Assembly (NCBI RefSeq): GCF_002087085.1
Contig: NZ_MWQY01000013.1
Location: 1-64,000, forward strand
Reading direction: 5' to 3'
Length of the DNA: 64,000 nt
Below the pieces are notes generated by a model. The model worked only from the letters and a program-made list of their open reading frames with translations. It did not search any database and was not told where the DNA came from. Below, piece after piece: positions 59,326-64,000 of the stretch; the first letter of the stretch is position 1, and each line of letters begins with the position of its first letter. A program made the translations under genes and the position numbers.

Positions 59326-61727
59326 GGGGTTCCTTTCTTTTTTCCCGACTTTGTGCCTGCTTTGGTCTCCCCGTCGGTGCCGACTCCGGGAAGCAGCAGA
59401 TCCAGGACCTCTTCCATCCGTTCCACCGGATAGAAGCTAAGGCCCTTGCGGACCTTTTCCGGAATCTCGTCCAGATCCCTCTCGTTGGGTTTGGGGATAA
59501 TTATCTTCTTAAGCCTGTTCCGCCTGGCGGCTATTACCTTCTCCTTGAGTCCGCCGATGGGAAGCACGTTTCCCACGAGGGAGAGTTCCCCGGTCATGGC
59601 GAAGTCGGCTTTGAGCTTCTTCCCGGTTGCCAGGGACATCAGCGCTGCGGTCATGGTAATCCCGGCAGAGGGGCCGTCCTTGGGGGTCGCCCCGGCGGGA
59701 ATATGCAGATGTATCTGGTTTTTCTCAAAGAAGGACTTGTCCACTTTGTAGCGGCCGGCTATGTGCCGGGAGTAGGTATAGGCAATCCCCGCCGACTCCT
59801 GCATTACACTTCCCATCTGACCGGTAATCCGGAAGCCCTCTTTTCCGGGATTCGACACCGCCTCGATAACCAGGATGTCTCCGCCGAAGTTGGTCCAGGC
59901 AAGACCCACAGCGGTTCCCGGTACGGCGGCCTGCTTTTTAACGTCTTCCCGGAATATGGGCTTGCTGAGGTACTCCTCCAGGTCCGCTGCGTCAATCTTG
60001 ACCGGAGGTTCCAGCTCCTTCAGTACCAGCCTGGTCGCGATTTTACGGTGTATCTTGTCCACCGCCTTCTCGTAGTTGCGCATTCCGGCTTCCCGGGCGT
60101 AATTGACCGCAATCCCCGAGAGGGCCGCTTTGGTAAAACGGACCTGGCTCTTTTTGAGTCCGTGCCGGGAGAGGGATTTGGGGATTATGTACTTGCTGGC
60201 GATGGCGATCTTCTCCTGCTCGATATAGCCCGAGAGACGGATAACCTCCATCCTGTCCAGAAGGGGCCGGGGAATCGTATCCAGGGTATTGGCGGTTACG
60301 ATAAAGAGCACCGTGGAAATGTCGAAGGGCAGGTCCAGGTAGTTGTCCCGGAAGGAGACATTCTGCTCCGGGTCCAGCACCTCCAGCAGGGCGGAGGAGG
60401 GATCTCCCTGGTAGCTGGCTCCCATTTTGTCGATCTCGTCGATCATAAATACGGGGTTCCGGGATTTTACGATCTTGAGGCCCTGAATGATCTTGCCCGG
60501 CATGGCACCGACGTAGGTGCGGCGGTGGCCCTTTATCTCCGCCTCGTCCCGCATTCCCCCCACGGAGAAGCGGAAGAACTGCTTGTTCAGCGCCCTGGCA
60601 ATGGACTTGCCCACGGAGGTCTTGCCCACCCCCGGGGCACCCACCAGGCAGATAATCGAGCCCTTGGTGTCTTTTTTCAGTTTGCGTACCGCCAGAAACT
60701 CGATGATCCTTTCCTTGACCTCGTCCAGACCGTAGTGGTCGGCGTCGAGGATTTTCCTGGCCTTTTCCAGTTCAAAATCCTCCGGCTTCGGCTCCTCCCA
60801 GGGAAGGGATACAACGGTATCCAGGTAGTTGCGGGTAACGATAAATTCCGAGGCGTTCGGGTCCATAAGAGAGAACTTTTCGAGTTCCCGTTCCACTGTC
60901 TCCCGTACTTCCTCCGGCAGAGGAAGGGTATCGATGAGTTCCCTGAAACGCTGGTATTCCCCGCTTTTGGCATCCACGGGCATGCCGAGCTCTTTCTTTA
61001 TTGCCTTGAGCTCCTCCTTGAGAAAGTACTCCCGCTGGCTTTTTTCGATTTTCTCGTTGATCTGCTGCTGAATCTTCTTCTGAATACTCAGGAGTTCCTG
61101 TTCCTTCTTGATGAAGATCAGCACCTGTTCCATCCGTTGCTGAACGTCCAGGGTTTCCAGGATACGCTGCTGGTCCTCACGCTTGATATTCAGGATGGAG
61201 GTAATGAAGTCTGCGATCTTGCCGGGATGGTCTATGTTGATCATGTTGAGGCGCACCTCTTCGGAGAAGATGGGATTGTTCTCCGAAAGCTGCTTCATCT
61301 CCGTCAGGAGTGCCCGGGAGAGGGCCTTCACCTCGTCGGACTGGTCATTGATGTCGTCCAGATAGTCAACCGCCGCCGATATCGGCTGCTCCTGGGTAAT
61401 GAATTTCTTTATTTTAAAGCGTTTGAGGGTGGAAATAAATATGTTCATACCACCGTCGGGAAGATTGATACGCTTTACTATCTTGGCCACCGTTCCCACG
61501 GAATGCAGTTCGCTTCCCACGGGGCTTTCCGTTTCCGGATCCTTGAGCAGAGCCAGGCCGATGAGCCCGTTGGACTCCATGGATTTATTGACAACCTCCA
61601 TGTCCTCCTGGCCGGAAATCATCAGGGGAGTAAATATTCCGGGAAATATGGGGCGTCCGTTCAATGGGATTATGAACAGCTTGTTGGGAAGAATCTGGTC
61701 CGCCGGTATTATGTTTTTTTCTGCCAT
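59322..61727 (-). CDS. lon: Lon protease
   Basis: GAPGVGKT, HRRTYVGAMPG and PKDGPSAG (catalytic Ser). Confidence 0.97.
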   Translation of the reverse strand: MAEKNIIPADQILPNKLFIIPLNGRPIFPGIFTPLMISGQEDMEVVNKSMESNGLIGLALLKDPETESPVGSELHSVGTVAKIVKRINLPDGGMNIFISTLKRFKIKKFITQEQPISAAVDYLDDINDQSDEVKALSRALLTEMKQLSENNPIFSEEVRLNMINIDHPGKIADFITSILNIKREDQQRILETLDVQQRMEQVLIFIKKEQELLSIQKKIQQQINEKIEKSQREYFLKEELKAIKKELGMPVDAKSGEYQRFRELIDTLPLPEEVRETVERELEKFSLMDPNASEFIVTRNYLDTVVSLPWEEPKPEDFELEKARKILDADHYGLDEVKERIIEFLAVRKLKKDTKGSIICLVGAPGVGKTSVGKSIARALNKQFFRFSVGGMRDEAEIKGHRRTYVGAMPGKIIQGLKIVKSRNPVFMIDEIDKMGASYQGDPSSALLEVLDPEQNVSFRDNYLDLPFDISTVLFIVTANTLDTIPRPLLDRMEVIRLSGYIEQEKIAIASKYIIPKSLSRHGLKKSQVRFTKAALSGIAVNYAREAGMRNYEKAVDKIHRKIATRLVLKELEPPVKIDAADLEEYLSKPIFREDVKKQAAVPGTAVGLAWTNFGGDILVIEAVSNPGKEGFRITGQMGSVMQESAGIAYTYSRHIAGRYKVDKSFFEKNQIHLHIPAGATPKDGPSAGITMTAALMSLATGKKLKADFAMTGELSLVGNVLPIGGLKEKVIAARRNRLKKIIIPKPNERDLDEIPEKVRKGLSFYPVERMEEVLDLLLPGVGTDGETKAGTKSGKKKGTP

Positions 61728-61780
61728 GAGAACCTCGTCTGGTGTTTGTTGTTCGCGGGTCTATAAGGTACAAAGATTTA

Positions 61781-61809
61781 TTGAAATCATCAATAGAAAG
61801 ATGTATTAT
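61781..61809 (+). promoter_or_regulatory. sigma70-like promoter, near-leaderless, for recO
   Basis: TTGAAA-N17-TATTAT, 8 nt before the ATG at 61818. Confidence 0.6.
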
Positions 61810-61817
61810 GACCGGAA

Positions 61818-62582
61818 ATGAGCCGCGCCAGTGTAACAGAAGCCCTGATCCTGCGGGCATCCCGGGTTGGAGAGTATCACAAGCAGCTTCTGTTGCTGAC
61901 CCCCGACACGGGGCTGGTAAAGGCCCTGGCTTTCGGTGCCTTCAAGGGAAAAAGCCGCCTGGTCAGTGCAAGCGATCCCTACTCCCATGCCAGGATCCAC
62001 CTGTACCGGAATCCGGTACGGGATCTTCTCAAGATTACCGATATCGAGGTGATCCATACCTACGAAGGTCTGAGAAACGACCTGGAACGCAGCTACGCCG
62101 CAGCTCTACTGGCGGAACTCGTCGCAGCCAGCTACGGAGGCGGAGGTCCGGATTACCGCTACCCCTTCGGTCTGCTGCGCCGCTGTCTGATGGTTCTGGA
62201 GACCGGGGACGCCAGGGCGGGCCGCCGGACGGTGTTCCAGTTTCTGCTTCGCTTTCTGCTGCACGCCGGCTTTCTGGGATCCCCCGGGGAGTGCGGTCGC
62301 TGCGGAGTCGATTTTTCCCCCTCACAGGAGGTTTTCTTCTACAGCCGGGACGGAGAACTCATGTGCGGATCCTGCGCTGTGGAAGGGTCCCTCCCGGTCT
62401 CTCCGGGGGTACGGCGTCATATGGAAGGGGCTTCAAAGTTCCCCCTGTCCAGGGCCCTGGAGATCGGGACAGACACATCTCTGGAGCAGGGGCTGGTCCG
62501 CCTGCTGCGGGATCTTCTTCAGATTACCCTGAATCTGCAGTTGAAGTCCTTTGAGATCTATTTCGGGTTACCCGTCGTATGA
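61818..62582 (+). CDS. recO: DNA repair protein RecO
   Basis: ALILR....GE, LLT...G...A.A.GA.K.KSR and a CxxC...CxxC zinc finger. Confidence 0.9.
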   Translation: MSRASVTEALILRASRVGEYHKQLLLLTPDTGLVKALAFGAFKGKSRLVSASDPYSHARIHLYRNPVRDLLKITDIEVIHTYEGLRNDLERSYAAALLAELVAASYGGGGPDYRYPFGLLRRCLMVLETGDARAGRRTVFQFLLRFLLHAGFLGSPGECGRCGVDFSPSQEVFFYSRDGELMCGSCAVEGSLPVSPGVRRHMEGASKFPLSRALEIGTDTSLEQGLVRLLRDLLQITLNLQLKSFEIYFGLPVV

Positions 62583-63169
62583 TAAAACTGAGGCTGTTTA
62601 CCGCCCTGGTGCCGGAATCGGAGCTGATTAAGGGTATCATTGCCCTTCAGAAGACCTGCCGGCGAAGCGGCATGGAGAATCTGCGGTATATAGAGACAGA
62701 AAACCTGCATGTAACGGTGAATTTCCTGGGGGATACCAGTCCACAGGATCTCAGTGTTCTGCATGAAATCCTGACGGGGGGAGTTTCCGTGCTGAAATCC
62801 CCGGCGTTCCGGCCCCATACCCTGGGACTTTTTCCTTCCCCCCGGCGGGCGAGGAGTATCAACCTGCTGCTGGAAGACCCTGAGGGCAGCATGGATGCCA
62901 TGTTCCGGCATCTCGACGGGACCTTAAGAGGCGCAGGTTTTCCGGGGGAGAGGCGGAGCTTCCGTCCTCACATCAGTTTCGGCCGTTTCCGGAGCCGCCG
63001 GGGTGAGCTGATGGAGGAGGATTCGCTGCCCTCTTTGACCGCGGGTATCAGGAGAATTTTCCGGTGCAGTGAGCTTGTTCTGTTCCGTTCGGAACTGGGA
63101 CCGGGCGGGGCGCGCTACTATCCCGAAGGACGGTACCGCTTCGGGAACCAGACAAATTTGGGAGATTGA
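62579..63169 (+). CDS. thpR: RNA 2',3'-cyclic phosphodiesterase
   Basis: RLFTAL, 2H motifs LHVTVNFLG and PHISFGR, and S.L...GA.Y. Confidence 0.88.
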   Translation: MIKLRLFTALVPESELIKGIIALQKTCRRSGMENLRYIETENLHVTVNFLGDTSPQDLSVLHEILTGGVSVLKSPAFRPHTLGLFPSPRRARSINLLLEDPEGSMDAMFRHLDGTLRGAGFPGERRSFRPHISFGRFRSRRGELMEEDSLPSLTAGIRRIFRCSELVLFRSELGPGGARYYPEGRYRFGNQTNLGD

Positions 63170-63175
63170 TAAGGC

Positions 63176-64000
63176 ATGGTTTGGCAGAAATATCCTATAG
63201 AGAGCGATACGGTCAGGAAGATTTCCGAGGAGTTCGGAATCGATCTTCTTCTGGCATCCATTCTGGTACGGCGGAACCTGCATCGCAGGGAGGATATAAA
63301 GTTTATCCTCGAGGACGACCTCCTCTTTACCCATAACGCCTTTCTTTTTGTCGAAATGGAGGACGCGGTGGACCGGATCCACCAGGCTCTGGAGGAAGGG
63401 GAGAAGATCCTTATCTTCGGAGACCGCGACGTGGACGGAATCACCTCCACAGTTCTTCTTACCCAGACAATCCGGGATCTCGGAGGAGATGTGCGCTGGC
63501 AGGTTCCCATGGGAGACGATCCCTACGGTCTCAACATGGAGTCGGTGGAAAGGTTCGCCGCCGATGACGGCAGCCTGATCATTACGGTGGACTGCGGCAT
63601 CTCCAACAAGCAGGAGATAGAGCGTGCCCTGGAACTTGGAATCGAGACCCTGGTGGTCGATCATCACAATCCTCCCGAGGAACTCCCCCCGGCGGTTGCC
63701 ATTATCAATCCCAAGGTGGAGGACTGCGGTTATCCCTTCCGTGACCTGGCCGGCTGCGGAGTCGCATCCAAGCTGGTCTGGGCACTTCTTTTTTCCCGCT
63801 CCCCTTTTTACAACCAGAGTGTCTGTCTTCTGAACGTAAGGCCCGGAAACGACAGCTACTTTATCGAGGCGGTCAAGCTGGTCAACCTGGTGGAGACGGA
63901 CCGGGTTGTCGAGACCCTGAATCCGGGGATGGTGGGCCTCGCGGATACCCGGCTCTACCGTTTTCTCGAGGGCGAGGAGATCCTGGTTTACGATGCTGGC
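63176..64000 (+). CDS. recJ: ssDNA exonuclease RecJ (runs off the window end)
   Basis: Hand translation from ATG 63176 gives IFGDRDVDG, ITVDCG, VDHH, YPFRDLAGCGVA.KL. Missing from the ORF track because there is no stop. Confidence 0.92.
   Translation, partial: MVWQKYPIESDTVRKISEEFGIDLLLASILVRRNLHRREDIKFILEDDLLFTHNAFLFVEMEDAVDRIHQALEEGEKILIFGDRDVDGITSTVLLTQTIRDLGGDVRWQVPMGDDPYGLNMESVERFAADDGSLIITVDCGISNKQEIERALELGIETLVVDHHNPPEELPPAVAIINPKVEDCGYPFRDLAGCGVASKLVWALLFSRSPFYNQSVCLLNVRPGNDSYFIEAVKLVNLVETDRVVETLNPGMVGLADTRLYRFLEGEEILVYDAG

Noticed and set aside
59703..61766. 687-aa plus-strand ORF
   Set aside because: Antisense shadow of lon, with no motifs; expected from GC-rich codon bias.

Overview
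This 64-kb window looks like a free-living Spirochaetaceae chromosome, judged from spirochaete-type pcnB, hrpA, glyA and recJ proteins; the taxonomy is inferred. Bases 1-2600 are the edge of an AT-richer accessory patch containing a truncated IS4 element that has split a hydrolase-like gene, plus a GH16 lipoprotein. The rest is mostly GC-rich housekeeping: thiI plus a cysteine desulfurase, aroB, hrpA, hisS, pcnB, rnfCDGEAB, a long run cas2-like/prfB(+1 frameshift)/cheY-like/ftsY/lolCDE-type/mcsA-mcsB-clpC/rnz, a ZTP riboswitch before glyA-ilvD, lon, and recO-thpR-recJ. No tRNA, rRNA or CRISPR array was seen. Four leads stand out. (1) Divergent sigma28-like promoters at 47.5-47.8 kb drive a very acidic disordered scaffold-like protein with two Maf-like proteins on one side, and FtsB-like, degenerate GH20-like and cNMP-HATPase genes on the other. 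(2) An orphan Cas2-like gene heads the prfB operon. (3) Two families of about 150-bp structured MITE-like repeats are present. (4) An ErcA/pseudo-kinase/AEC-transporter cassette and several apparent pseudoenzymes occur. All family assignments come from reading motifs by eye; no database search was run.
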